This document shows, piece by piece, positions 29,634 to 38,684 of a DNA stretch of 64,000 nucleotides. The DNA comes from a bacterium (GTDB lineage Bacteria; Patescibacteriota; Microgenomatia; UBA8517), in the NCBI GenBank assembly GCA_021824915.1, contig JAKAJP010000018.1:596-64595 (forward strand), given 5' to 3'. The translations under genes and the position numbers were made by a program. Below the pieces are notes generated by a model. That model had not been told where the DNA came from. It searched no databases and saw nothing but the letters and a program-made list of their open reading frames with translations. Within the stretch, counting starts at the first letter, position 1; every line of letters begins with the position of its first letter.

Positions 29634-30203
29634 TTATTTACCCGAAGCAAGAAGATTAATTCCAAGACTATTATCCTGTTGAGTTGGTTCCGGGGTAGCT
29701 TCTATTACATCTTTAAGTAATCCCCTTTTGGTTAAAACGTTTTTTACGGCGGTGCGGCACATTTCTGCTCTTTCTTCCGGCGAGGATTTGATTAAAGCTT
29801 CAGGGGCTTCGCAGCCTATTGCCATCACACTTCCGCTTTCGGAAAACATTAGATAACCCGGGAGATTTTGGGAAAAATCTGCCGAAACTCTACGGATTAC
29901 GGCATTGGCGCGGTTTTGTGAATCAAACCTGAAATTTTCCTGCCAAAGCCAGCCCGAATCTTTTTCGCCTTCAAATTGATTGACGGACAAATCTCCCCAC
30001 CTGCCCGGATTTTCAAAGCATCTCATACTAAACATTCCATCCGTATATATGTGCTCGAAGCCTACTTTTATGTCAGTGTGTGTTCCTTTGAGTTTTTCCC
30101 AGTTAATTTTGCCGGCCCCCAAAACTTCTTCGATATGGGTTTGGACATTTGTGTACCGGGATTCATCATTCAGGGCAATTTCGTTATTCGGGTGATTGAG
30201 CAT
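29634..30203 (-). CDS. Hypothetical protein
   Basis: Fills the gap exactly; TATAAT 6 nt before ATG at 30203 supports this start. Confidence 0.65.
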   Translation of the reverse strand: MLNHPNNEIALNDESRYTNVQTHIEEVLGAGKINWEKLKGTHTDIKVGFEHIYTDGMFSMRCFENPGRWGDLSVNQFEGEKDSGWLWQENFRFDSQNRANAVIRRVSADFSQNLPGYLMFSESGSVMAIGCEAPEALIKSSPEERAEMCRTAVKNVLTKRGLLKDVIEATPEPTQQDNSLGINLLASGK

Positions 30204-30231
30204 AATCAAATTATAACAACATTTTATGCTT

Positions 30232-31017
30232 TCACTTAGATGGTTTTATGGGGTAAGGAGTTTTGGTTGCCGTTTGTTCCAAAGAGTTTTGTCCTGATTT
30301 CGCGGCCATCTGTAAAAAACCAAGTGGATCGTAAACAAGGGATAATGTTTCTAATTCTTCTTTAAGGCGACTCAGTCTTTCTTGATCGACTGCTTCCTGC
30401 GAGGTTATGGAATATTCGGGTTGGGGATAGAACGATTCTACCGGCTCGACTTTTATATTCACCCCGTAGTCGCAACTTAAGATTTCGGCCCGAGGCGCAT
30501 GTGACGCGTGTGTAATGCCCAATATCTTTTTGTACCCGTGTAGGTCGGAGTATGTTCTTAAATCTCGGGCGTTGGTTGCCGTATTTACTGATCCGTCGGC
30601 TATATCTACAGAGTTTCTATCTAATTCGGTGTTTCCATGAGAAATTTGTTTTACCTCTTGTTGTATAAATTCGATTGAAGCTTCCGCGACGTTATTATCC
30701 CCTGCATCTATGATCAAAATCTTATCAGCTTGTCGTTCGACATAGGCTTTCGCAGCTGCCTGAAGGCGTTCTCTTTGGGCGGTGTTTGGGTGAATTTTTC
30801 CGTCACCATCAACGTAAGTGCCTGCGCTAAAAACGGCAATTAAATCATATGGTCTTGAGGGATTAGCGGCTTCACCGTGGGAACAATCGGGTACACCACC
30901 TGATAGGTGTTTAAGTACCATTTTTGTGGTATCAAAATTTATAGTTGGGATACCCAGGATTATTGCTGCCAAAAGACTATTTCTAAGAGCTCTATAGTTT
31001 CTTGCCTCTTTACTCAT
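30232..31017 (-). CDS. YdcF/ElyC (DUF218) family protein, membrane-anchored
   Basis: RERLQAAAKAY, S-x-NTATNA, ITHASHAPRA match the DUF218 pattern. Confidence 0.7.
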   Translation of the reverse strand: MSKEARNYRALRNSLLAAIILGIPTINFDTTKMVLKHLSGGVPDCSHGEAANPSRPYDLIAVFSAGTYVDGDGKIHPNTAQRERLQAAAKAYVERQADKILIIDAGDNNVAEASIEFIQQEVKQISHGNTELDRNSVDIADGSVNTATNARDLRTYSDLHGYKKILGITHASHAPRAEILSCDYGVNIKVEPVESFYPQPEYSITSQEAVDQERLSRLKEELETLSLVYDPLGFLQMAAKSGQNSLEQTATKTPYPIKPSK

Positions 31018-31060
31018 GTCGTATTATAGGGCTTTTTTATCATTTTTTCATTTTTCGGAA

Positions 31061-31089
31061 TTGACAGAGAAGTTTGCATGCCTTTTAAT
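31061..31089 (+). promoter_or_regulatory. Sigma70-type promoter of the VKOR gene
   Basis: TTGACA (31061-66), 17 nt, TTTAAT (31084-89), then 6 nt to GTG. Confidence 0.7.
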
Positions 31090-31095
31090 TAGGGA

Positions 31096-31497
31096 GTGAA
31101 GGAGAAATTATATTTTTGGGTTAAAGTTTTGGCCTTGGTTGGTATTGGCCTTGCCATATTTCTTCTTTGGGAGCAGTTTTTTCATCCCAGTTTTCAGCCC
31201 TGTAACATAAACGAGACCGTTAACTGCGATGCAGTTATCAGTGGTGTTGTTGCCAAAACTTTGGGAATCCCCACACCTCTAATTGGTTTAATCGGCTATG
31301 TTGTGATCTTTTTCTCCGCTATAAAGAAGAACGCAAAGCTCCTTTTGGGTATGGCAACTTTTGGCTTGGTATTTTGTCTTTATATTGCATATCGTGAACT
31401 TTTTGGGCTTCACGTAATCTGTCCGGTTTGTGTTTTATGTCAACTTGATATGATTACGGTTTTTATCCTCGGGATACTTCTAGTTAGGAAAAAATAG
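31096..31497 (+). CDS. Vitamin K epoxide reductase (VKOR) family disulfide-bond formation protein
   Basis: C-x7-C loop (CNINETVNC), S..A..LGIP, CPVC, four TM helices. Confidence 0.9.
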   Translation: MKEKLYFWVKVLALVGIGLAIFLLWEQFFHPSFQPCNINETVNCDAVISGVVAKTLGIPTPLIGLIGYVVIFFSAIKKNAKLLLGMATFGLVFCLYIAYRELFGLHVICPVCVLCQLDMITVFILGILLVRKK

Positions 31498-31524
31498 CGT
31501 TAAAATAGTAGCTACCCAAAAAAT

Positions 31525-32142
31525 ATGTCAAAAAGCGTTTACGAAGTTATTTTTGACACCGAAACAAAAAAGTTTTTTGATGACGAAAGCGGATTTGATC
31601 CGTCAAAACTTGGTGTTTCAATAGTTTCCGTTTACACAAGGAAGCTTGGCGGTGATCTCAAAGAGATAGAGGGTAAGATGCAATCTTTTTGGGAAGAGGA
31701 CTTTCCCGAAATGTTTAAGCTTATAGAAAACGCTGACCGTATAATTGGGTTTAACTCCAAAGGTTTCGATGTTCCTGCTCTATCTCCGTATTTACCTGCG
31801 CATTGGGAGAGGCTGGCCCATTTTGATATTTTGGATGAGATTAAAATCGCTATCGGAAAAAGGGTTTCTCTTGATTCGCTGGCTCGGGCAACTCTTGGGA
31901 CAAAGAAAAATGATAACGGTGAAAACGCGATCAAATATTGGCTCACACACTCAAAAGAAAGTCTTGAGAAGCTTAAAAAGTATTGTGAAATGGACGTTGA
32001 AATAACCAAAAACATTTATGATCACGCCCTTCATAACGGAGTTCTAAAATACATTGATTTTTGGAACGAGACACACGAAGTTAAGCTTGATTTTTCCTAT
32101 CCCAAAGAAGATATATCAAACGTTCAGCACAGCCTCTTTTAA
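31525..32142 (+). CDS. DEDD 3'-5' exonuclease (RNase_H_2/YprB-like)
   Basis: FDTET, GFNSKGFD, SLDSLA, YCEMDV. Confidence 0.82.
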   Translation: MSKSVYEVIFDTETKKFFDDESGFDPSKLGVSIVSVYTRKLGGDLKEIEGKMQSFWEEDFPEMFKLIENADRIIGFNSKGFDVPALSPYLPAHWERLAHFDILDEIKIAIGKRVSLDSLARATLGTKKNDNGENAIKYWLTHSKESLEKLKKYCEMDVEITKNIYDHALHNGVLKYIDFWNETHEVKLDFSYPKEDISNVQHSLF

Positions 32143-32522
32143 TGCTTGGCGTTTTCGGCTGCAAGAGCTTCGGCTTTAGTTTTGTGAATTGTTCCGTCCG
32201 GATGATGTGCCGGAGAATAAATCGTATAAAGTTTGAGTTCCGTAGTTTTTGACGTATTAATTATGTTATGTTCGTTTCCTGCCGGAACTATAACGCAATC
32301 CCCAGCACTTAGTATAAATTCTTCCCCGTTTATTATTGCCTTTGCTTCTCCCGACTCGAATCTTAAGAACTGATCGTTTTCGGGATGAACCTCCATTCCG
32401 ATTTCTTCAGAAGGGGCAAGACACATTAGAACTAATTGTGAATGTGGTGCCGTAAAAATTACTTTGCGGAAGAAAGTGTTTGCGGCAGTATCTTTTTCCA
32501 GCGTTGATTTGAAACCGCTCAT
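32139..32522 (-). CDS. Cupin domain protein
   Basis: SQLVLM, EIGMEVH...DQF, VPAGNEHNIIN, KLYTIYSPAHH; SD-like GAGGGTG upstream. Confidence 0.9.
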   Translation of the reverse strand: MSGFKSTLEKDTAANTFFRKVIFTAPHSQLVLMCLAPSEEIGMEVHPENDQFLRFESGEAKAIINGEEFILSAGDCVIVPAGNEHNIINTSKTTELKLYTIYSPAHHPDGTIHKTKAEALAAENAKH

Positions 32523-32589
32523 TTTTCTCACCCTCTTTCCAATTCATATTACCAGGTTTTGCATAGTGTTGTATAATTTCTTGAAAGTT

Positions 32590-33201
32590 ATGAAATATTT
32601 TATTTCGGTAGTGGTTACGGCATTGATAGTGGGCCTTGGTGTTACTGCTTATTTCAAAGGATGGCTTCCTCAAGTTTCGTTTACAAAACCTCAGGCAGTT
32701 TCCGTTCAGGGCACAGAAGTTGCAACTCCTATTAATTCGCCGGCAGTTTCTCCAACACCAACAGCCTTGACACCCACAGAGATTAAAGCCGGGGGAATTT
32801 TATCAATGAGCGCGTACTCTATTAATATTCCGTCCGATTGGTCGTATTCAAAGGACGGATCTATTGCCGGACAATCAGACAAGCTTACAATAACAAAAGG
32901 TGCCTATTCGATAACTATTTCTCAGGGAGCTTTTGGAGGCGGAGGCTGTCTTTATCCCGGAGACGCTGATAGTGAGATGTCACAGAGATTTACTTCATTT
33001 ACCGCTATCACGGATCAATCCGGAGATAACTTGCGTCTTAGCACTCTTTCTTCCGGGGGATATGTGGTTTGTCAGGGGAATGGAACTTCCTGGGGGGATA
33101 TTACAAGCTTCGGTCATATTAGTGTTACCGCACCGGCTGGACCCGATATGACATTAGTTAGTCAAATAAACTCTATTCTTTCAAGCCTCAAGAAAATTTA
33201 A
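32590..33201 (+). CDS. Hypothetical membrane-anchored exported protein
   Basis: N-terminal TM, Pro/Thr linker (PAVSPTPTALTPT), PsbP-like YSINIPSDW; TATAAT upstream. Confidence 0.75.
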   Translation: MKYFISVVVTALIVGLGVTAYFKGWLPQVSFTKPQAVSVQGTEVATPINSPAVSPTPTALTPTEIKAGGILSMSAYSINIPSDWSYSKDGSIAGQSDKLTITKGAYSITISQGAFGGGGCLYPGDADSEMSQRFTSFTAITDQSGDNLRLSTLSSGGYVVCQGNGTSWGDITSFGHISVTAPAGPDMTLVSQINSILSSLKKI

Positions 33202-34259
33202 AAACTACCCGAGACGTATTTTTGAACTTCTGAGTATTCAAACATTCCTGCCTTGGGGTAAAGTATATATTCTCCGTCCGCGGCTGTTCCCTGATTAAGA
33301 ACATTGTCAGTTGTCAGTTGAATTTGTTTAATTGTATAGGCCTTGGGGTCTCCGAAAACAGCGATCAAGCTTTTGATGGTTCCGGCATCGAGGTCTGTTC
33401 TGACAATCTGCGAAACGGTGTTTATTATGTCATTTAACTTTCCGGTAGCGTTAAGGGAGATTAATTTATTTTCGACTCCGGTTAGTACGGCAAATTGTCT
33501 TAAAGATCTTCCGAAATCACTATCTCCATGGCGGGAACGGGAAAATTTAAGTGCGGTCACCCCATCAAGATTTGCCGACCCAACATCGAAATGAAGATGT
33601 TCAAAACGGCAGGGGAATTGTTCTTCAAGAGCGGTTCCCGAATATTGAGCTTTTAGAGCATTAACCTGATCGTTCGAATATCCGCAGACATTGTTTTCCT
33701 GACCTGTTATTGGATAAAAAGGATCGTCAAAAGTCTTTGGAACCTGAACCGTGATACCGCCAAGATCATCAATAATTTTTATAAATCCTCCAAAATCTAC
33801 GGAGACATAATAATTTATCGGAAGCCCTATGACGTTTTGTACTACCGGGCCGGAGTTTTGGAAGCCGTTAATACCGGCCGCATTTATTTTATGATTTCCC
33901 GATACCCAGAGGTCTCTTGGAATGCTGATTAAAGCTGCCTTTTTGGTGATAGTATCTACGTGAATAACTATAATACTATCTGTTAATAAAGCCCCGTCAT
34001 GTCCGTCGCCTCCGTAACCCAGAAGGAGCACATTATAAGTTCCCTTAGATTGATTGATTTGGTCGATTGGTTTTGGGGTGGCTTTAGCATAGATGTTTGG
34101 TGTGGGAAGAATTTGTCTAAATGGGTTTTTTGTAAAAACTTTACCGAAGTTGAAGGCAAGATACGGAACTCCGAAGCCGATTACAAAGACCATAAAAAGC
34201 CCGACCCCTATTAATATGTTTTGCCAAATTGGTCGGTCACCTTCAAAAATATTTAGCAC
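33198..34259 (-). CDS. LytR-CpsA-Psr (LCP) family phosphotransferase
   Basis: NVLLLG, LTDSI, SIPRDLW, RSRH, DFGRSLRQ; N-terminal TM. Confidence 0.92.
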   Translation of the reverse strand: MLNIFEGDRPIWQNILIGVGLFMVFVIGFGVPYLAFNFGKVFTKNPFRQILPTPNIYAKATPKPIDQINQSKGTYNVLLLGYGGDGHDGALLTDSIIVIHVDTITKKAALISIPRDLWVSGNHKINAAGINGFQNSGPVVQNVIGLPINYYVSVDFGGFIKIIDDLGGITVQVPKTFDDPFYPITGQENNVCGYSNDQVNALKAQYSGTALEEQFPCRFEHLHFDVGSANLDGVTALKFSRSRHGDSDFGRSLRQFAVLTGVENKLISLNATGKLNDIINTVSQIVRTDLDAGTIKSLIAVFGDPKAYTIKQIQLTTDNVLNQGTAADGEYILYPKAGMFEYSEVQKYVSGSF

Positions 34260-34285
34260 GCTAGCGTTAATTATACATTAGAGTT

Positions 34286-34690
34286 ATGATGAATTTAGTG
34301 GATCTTAATTGGTATAACACTCTCTCTAAACCCTTTTTTACGCCTCCATCATGGATTTTTGGCCCGGCGTGGACAATTCTTTATTTTTTAATGGCAGTCT
34401 CCGCAGTTTTGATTTTCCGGAAAGGAATTAAAAAGCCGGAAATAAAAGCTGCCCTTAAGCTGTTTTTCTTCCAGCTCGTATTGAATCTTATCTGGTCGCC
34501 AGTGTTTTTTGGGCTTCATAACATTTTCCTTGCCCTGCTTTTAATCTTGATTCTTTGGTATTTAATACTGGCAACGATAAAAGCGTTTTATAAGATTGAC
34601 AAAATTGCCTCATATCTTCTTTGGCCTTATATCTTGTGGGTAAGTTTTGCCACAGTTCTAAATTTTTCCGTTTGGATTTTGAATAGATAG
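34286..34690 (+). CDS. tspO: TspO/MBR family protein
   Basis: WY..LSKPFFTPPSWIFGPAWT, LNLIWSPVFF, PYILWVSFA..LN. Confidence 0.92.
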   Translation: MMNLVDLNWYNTLSKPFFTPPSWIFGPAWTILYFLMAVSAVLIFRKGIKKPEIKAALKLFFFQLVLNLIWSPVFFGLHNIFLALLLILILWYLILATIKAFYKIDKIASYLLWPYILWVSFATVLNFSVWILNR

Positions 34691-34697
34691 AGAGGGG

Positions 34698-34973
34698 GTG
34701 AGAAGAATGAAGCTTAAATTAGGTGCTACGGCGATGGTTCTTGGGGTTTTTGTCGCTCTGATGCATGCGGTTTGGATGCTTTTGATTTATTTGGGGTTGG
34801 CGCAGATTTACTTGAATTGGATTTTTGGTTTGCATCTTATAACGAATCCCTACAGAGTACTGCCGTTTAATTTTGGAACAGCATTAACTCTAATTGTTGT
34901 TACTTTTATTGTTGGATACATAATGGGTTGGGTGTTCGCGTTTATTTGGAACAGACTACACAAAGGAAAGTAA
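34698..34973 (+). CDS. Small two-TM hypothetical protein
   Basis: 91-aa hydrophobic ORF between tspO and glyQS. Confidence 0.7.
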   Translation: MRRMKLKLGATAMVLGVFVALMHAVWMLLIYLGLAQIYLNWIFGLHLITNPYRVLPFNFGTALTLIVVTFIVGYIMGWVFAFIWNRLHKGK

Positions 34974-34991
34974 TAACTATATAATTCAGCT

Positions 34992-36296
34992 ATGGATTCG
35001 AGAGTTTCGTCGCAGACGACGATGGACAAGATAACTTCACTTGCGAAGCGGAGGGGTTTTATCTTCCAAGGAAGTGAAATTTACGGAGGCTACCAAGGGT
35101 TTTGGGATTATGGTCCTTTGGGAGTCGAGCTCAAAAACAACATTAAGCGTGAATGGTGGAAGTCTATGGTTTACGGACGGGAGGATGTTGTCGGAATTGA
35201 TGCGGCGATAATAATGAATCCGGTAACTTGGGAAAAGTCAGGTCATCTTAAAGCCTTCACAGATCCCTTAGTTGAATGTAAGATTTGCCACAAAAGGGTG
35301 CGTGCCGATAATGAAGCGGCGATTGCCGAGCATGAGAAAGAACATGGAGAAAAAGTAAGTTGGAGCGAACCTAAAACTTTCAATTTGATGACGGAGGTTC
35401 TTCTGGGAACGACGGAGCCGAAAGAAAAATCGTATCTTCGCGGGGAAATCACCCAAGGGGTTTTTGTTAATTTTAGGAATGTAACCGACTCTACCCGCGT
35501 TAAGATTCCGTTTGGAATTGCCCAAATAGGTAAAGCCTTCAGAAATGAAATTACTCCCGGAAATCTGACTTTCCGATCGCGTGAATTTGAACAGATGGAG
35601 CTTGAGTATTTTGTCAGACCGGATGAACAAGTAAGCAAAGAGAATTTTGAATATTGGAAAGAGCAAAGGTTAAGCTGGTATGAAAATTTGGGTATGACCA
35701 AATCAAAACTAAGGTTTAAGGATCATGAACCCGAAAAAAGGGCTCATTATGCGAAGTATGCGACAGATATTGAGTATGAAGCGCCGTTTGGTTGGAGTGA
35801 ATTTGAAGGAGTTCATCACAGGGGGGACTTTGATTTGAAAAACCACGGTTTAACTTATAAAGACAATTTAACCGGCGAAGAATTTACACCCTGGGTGATT
35901 GAGACTTCCGGCGGGGTTGACAGGGCGGCATTATTTTTCCTGATTGATGCGTATCATGAGGATGGTGACAGGATTGTTTTGAAATTGAGCCCGAAGCTTG
36001 CGCCATACAAAGTTGCAGTCTTCCCGCTCCTTGCGAATAAGCCGGAGCTGGTTGAGAAGGCGAGGGATATTTATAAGGCTCTTAAGAAAAATTTTGTTGT
36101 TGCCTGGGACGATAGGGGGAATATCGGGAAGCGATACTTTGCTCAGGATGAAATAGGAACCCCGTGGTGTGTTACGGTTGATTTTGATTCTTTGAACGAT
36201 AAAAAAGTTACGGTACGCTATCGGGACACTGGTAAACAAAAAAGGATTGATATTGACAAGCTAACGGATTACTTCCAAAATGAATTACTCGCATGA
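34992..36296 (+). CDS. glyQS: Glycine--tRNA ligase, homodimeric (alpha2) type
   Basis: KRRGF, DYGPLG, GKAFRNEITP, FRSREFEQME, IGKRY..QDEIGTP. Confidence 0.96.
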   Translation: MDSRVSSQTTMDKITSLAKRRGFIFQGSEIYGGYQGFWDYGPLGVELKNNIKREWWKSMVYGREDVVGIDAAIIMNPVTWEKSGHLKAFTDPLVECKICHKRVRADNEAAIAEHEKEHGEKVSWSEPKTFNLMTEVLLGTTEPKEKSYLRGEITQGVFVNFRNVTDSTRVKIPFGIAQIGKAFRNEITPGNLTFRSREFEQMELEYFVRPDEQVSKENFEYWKEQRLSWYENLGMTKSKLRFKDHEPEKRAHYAKYATDIEYEAPFGWSEFEGVHHRGDFDLKNHGLTYKDNLTGEEFTPWVIETSGGVDRAALFFLIDAYHEDGDRIVLKLSPKLAPYKVAVFPLLANKPELVEKARDIYKALKKNFVVAWDDRGNIGKRYFAQDEIGTPWCVTVDFDSLNDKKVTVRYRDTGKQKRIDIDKLTDYFQNELLA

Positions 36297-36955
36297 AAAA
36301 GTTTCTTCCCCTAATTTTAATCGGAGTCGGCATTTTGATAGTTGTGGGGGTTGTTTTTGTTTTAGTAAACAGATCAAAAACCGGAAATACTACTGATAAC
36401 TCCGAGGATATGAATGTGCCTGAACTACCTCAATCGCAGTGGCCTGCGGTTTCTCTGACTCCTACCGAAGACCCCAATGTTCCTAATTCACTTGGCCATT
36501 ATTTAGACTTTAAGGTTGAAAAGATAAACGTTCCCAATGCAAAGACCATGGATTATGAACTTGTTTATTCTACGACTAATGGGGGCCAGCAGGGAGTACC
36601 GGGAACGGTCCAGTTGAGCGGGGACATCGAAAGAAAACTTTTGATGGGCTCGGCTTCTTCGGGTAAATACCGGTTTGATGCGGGAGTTGATCATGGAACT
36701 ATGACTATCAGGTTTAGAGATGGGAACGGAAAGCTTTTAGGGAAGCTTTCCACCGATTTTCATTTGCAACTCGGTGACACAAAGCTAACCTCACAGGATG
36801 GTAAGTTCACCTATACGCTCGAAAAAGTGGCTAGCGGGGTCTATTTTGTTACAATGCAAACCTTTGCCCAGCCAAGTTCTTCTGTTGTCTGGCAAAATGG
36901 TTACGGCGTTTTTGCCTCAGATGGCCTTCCTCATAAAGGTAGTGTAAGTCAGTAA
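36293..36955 (+). CDS. Hypothetical membrane-anchored protein
   Basis: N-terminal TM; ATGA overlap with glyQS. Confidence 0.75.
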   Translation: MKKFLPLILIGVGILIVVGVVFVLVNRSKTGNTTDNSEDMNVPELPQSQWPAVSLTPTEDPNVPNSLGHYLDFKVEKINVPNAKTMDYELVYSTTNGGQQGVPGTVQLSGDIERKLLMGSASSGKYRFDAGVDHGTMTIRFRDGNGKLLGKLSTDFHLQLGDTKLTSQDGKFTYTLEKVASGVYFVTMQTFAQPSSSVVWQNGYGVFASDGLPHKGSVSQ

Positions 36956-36994
36956 CTTCCTTATAGGTTTTTTGTGAAAATCGTGAAGAACCCC

Positions 36995-37023
36995 TTGACA
37001 TGGCCGTGAAAAAATATCAAAAT
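36995..37023 (+). promoter_or_regulatory. Putative dcw/mraZ promoter
   Basis: TTGACA (36995-37000), 17 nt, CAAAAT (37018-23). Confidence 0.6.
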
Positions 37024-37045
37024 GGTATCTAATGGCATTGAATGG
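37021..37045 (+). promoter_or_regulatory. Putative MraZ operator: three AATGG repeats at 10-nt period
   Basis: AATGGtatct AATGGcattg AATGG upstream of mraZ, overlapping the -10/start region; same geometry as known MraZ boxes. Confidence 0.7.
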
Positions 37046-37099
37046 TAAGCATTCAAACCATTTTGAATATGAACTCTGCCCAGTTCAAAAACTACTTTT

Positions 37100-37537
37100 A
37101 TGCTTTTAGGAACATATCCTGCAAAGCTTGCTTCAGGTCACAGAATTTCTGTTCCTTTTCAGTTTCGCCAAGAACTTGGAGAAAAGATTATTTTGGCACG
37201 TTGGTATGAAGGGTGTTTGGTTTTGGTTGGGAGAGAATTTTGGAAGGCACTTTACAAAAGGTTGACGGGTGAAACTAACTTAATTGTTAATCCTGTTCGC
37301 GATACTGAAAGATTTATATTAGCTTCGGCTTATGAAGTCTTTCCCGATGAACAAGGAAGAATAGTGATCCCGGAGAGGCTGGTTGAGTACTCAGGACTTA
37401 AAGACGATGTTTATTTTATAGGTCTTGGAGAAAAAGCCGAAATTTGGGACAAAAACAGTTGGGAAGAGAAAGAAAAGGAGGTTGTCGCCAATGCCTCCGA
37501 ATATATCGAACAGCTGGCAAAGAATTTCAAAAAATGA
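37100..37537 (+). CDS. mraZ: Division/cell-wall cluster transcriptional repressor MraZ
   Basis: First dcw gene; EGCL, DEQGRIVIP, EIWD. Confidence 0.93.
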   Translation: MLLGTYPAKLASGHRISVPFQFRQELGEKIILARWYEGCLVLVGREFWKALYKRLTGETNLIVNPVRDTERFILASAYEVFPDEQGRIVIPERLVEYSGLKDDVYFIGLGEKAEIWDKNSWEEKEKEVVANASEYIEQLAKNFKK

Positions 37538-38412
37538 ACCAACCAAAATATCACGAGTCGGTAATGGTAAGTGAGGTGGTTGAGAGTTTGCACGTTAAAA
37601 AGGCTCACAAATATATTGACGCAACGCTGGGGACGGGAGGGCACCTGCTCGAAATCGCAAATCTTGGAGGAGATGTTTTGGGAATTGATATGGATCCGGA
37701 GATGGTCAGAATTAGCGAAAGTAGGTTGGCGGGAAAAGCCAGATTAGTTCAGGGAAATTTCATAAATATTGACAAGATTGCGGAGGATCAAGGGTATGGT
37801 CGTGTTTCCGGAATACTTTTTGATTTGGGGGTAAGTAACCTACACCTTAAAGATCTTGGCCGCGGCTTTTCGTTTGAGAATCCCGATGCTAGCTTGGATA
37901 TGAGAATTAATCCTGAAACTCAGGGAATTAAAGCAAGCGATTTACTTAATGCACTTAGAGGGGATCAATTAAGAGAAATGTTTGAGACGACACTTGAACC
38001 GGGAGCGGCCAGGTGGATAACGGATAGAGTGCTAAGTTTTCGCGAGAATCAGGCTATAAAAACGGTTTCAGATTTGTTAACAATCTGCCGGGGTTTAAGG
38101 ACGGGAAAATCCGGGTTAAACGAGGCGACATTACCATTTTTAGCTATTAGAATTGCGGTCAATAGTGAGCTCGACAACATAAAGTTAGCTCTTCCAAAAG
38201 CCTATAAACTTTTGGAAAAAGGCGGAAGGTTGGTAGTTATCAGTTTTCACTCTGGGGAAGACGAAATAGTTAAGGATTTTTTTAAGGAAAAGCAAAATTC
38301 CGGTGACAAACTTATAACTTTCAAACCGGTGGTACCGGAAGAAAGTGAAAAAGAAGTAAATAAACGCGCCAGAAGCGCAAGGATGAGGATACTAGAAAAA
38401 ACAAATGATTAA
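37534..38412 (+). CDS. rsmH: 16S rRNA m4C1402 methyltransferase
   Basis: HESVM, DATLGTGGH, FDLGVS, LDMR, ISFHSGED, RARSARMR. Confidence 0.95.
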   Translation: MNQPKYHESVMVSEVVESLHVKKAHKYIDATLGTGGHLLEIANLGGDVLGIDMDPEMVRISESRLAGKARLVQGNFINIDKIAEDQGYGRVSGILFDLGVSNLHLKDLGRGFSFENPDASLDMRINPETQGIKASDLLNALRGDQLREMFETTLEPGAARWITDRVLSFRENQAIKTVSDLLTICRGLRTGKSGLNEATLPFLAIRIAVNSELDNIKLALPKAYKLLEKGGRLVVISFHSGEDEIVKDFFKEKQNSGDKLITFKPVVPEESEKEVNKRARSARMRILEKTND

Positions 38413-38677
38413 AAAATATTTATTTATCAGTTTAATAGTTGTTTTTGCAGTCACCTCGGTTTTTTATACAATCGAGGCGGTGACTAGTGGGGCCGAGGTG
38501 GCCAGTCTTGAAAAAACCAGTGAAAATCTTTCAAAAGAAAATGTTGGACTTGAGGATGCGTTTGTAAAAACATTATCTCTTACAAGTCTTCAGGAAAAAA
38601 GCGCCGAACTTGGATTTATAAAGCCAGTGGATATTGTTTATGTGTCGGAGACCGGACCTGTCACTGCACTAAGATGA
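38405..38677 (+). CDS. ftsL: FtsL-like cell division protein
   Basis: Small TM plus coiled-coil protein ending AELGF, between rsmH and ftsI (positional call). Confidence 0.6.
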   Translation: MIKKYLFISLIVVFAVTSVFYTIEAVTSGAEVASLEKTSENLSKENVGLEDAFVKTLSLTSLQEKSAELGFIKPVDIVYVSETGPVTALR

Positions 38678-38684
38678 CCGCAAA

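Noticed and set aside
36956-36975. CCT-TAT-AGG plus T-run as an intrinsic terminator before mraZ
   Set aside because: A 3-bp stem is too weak to support the call.
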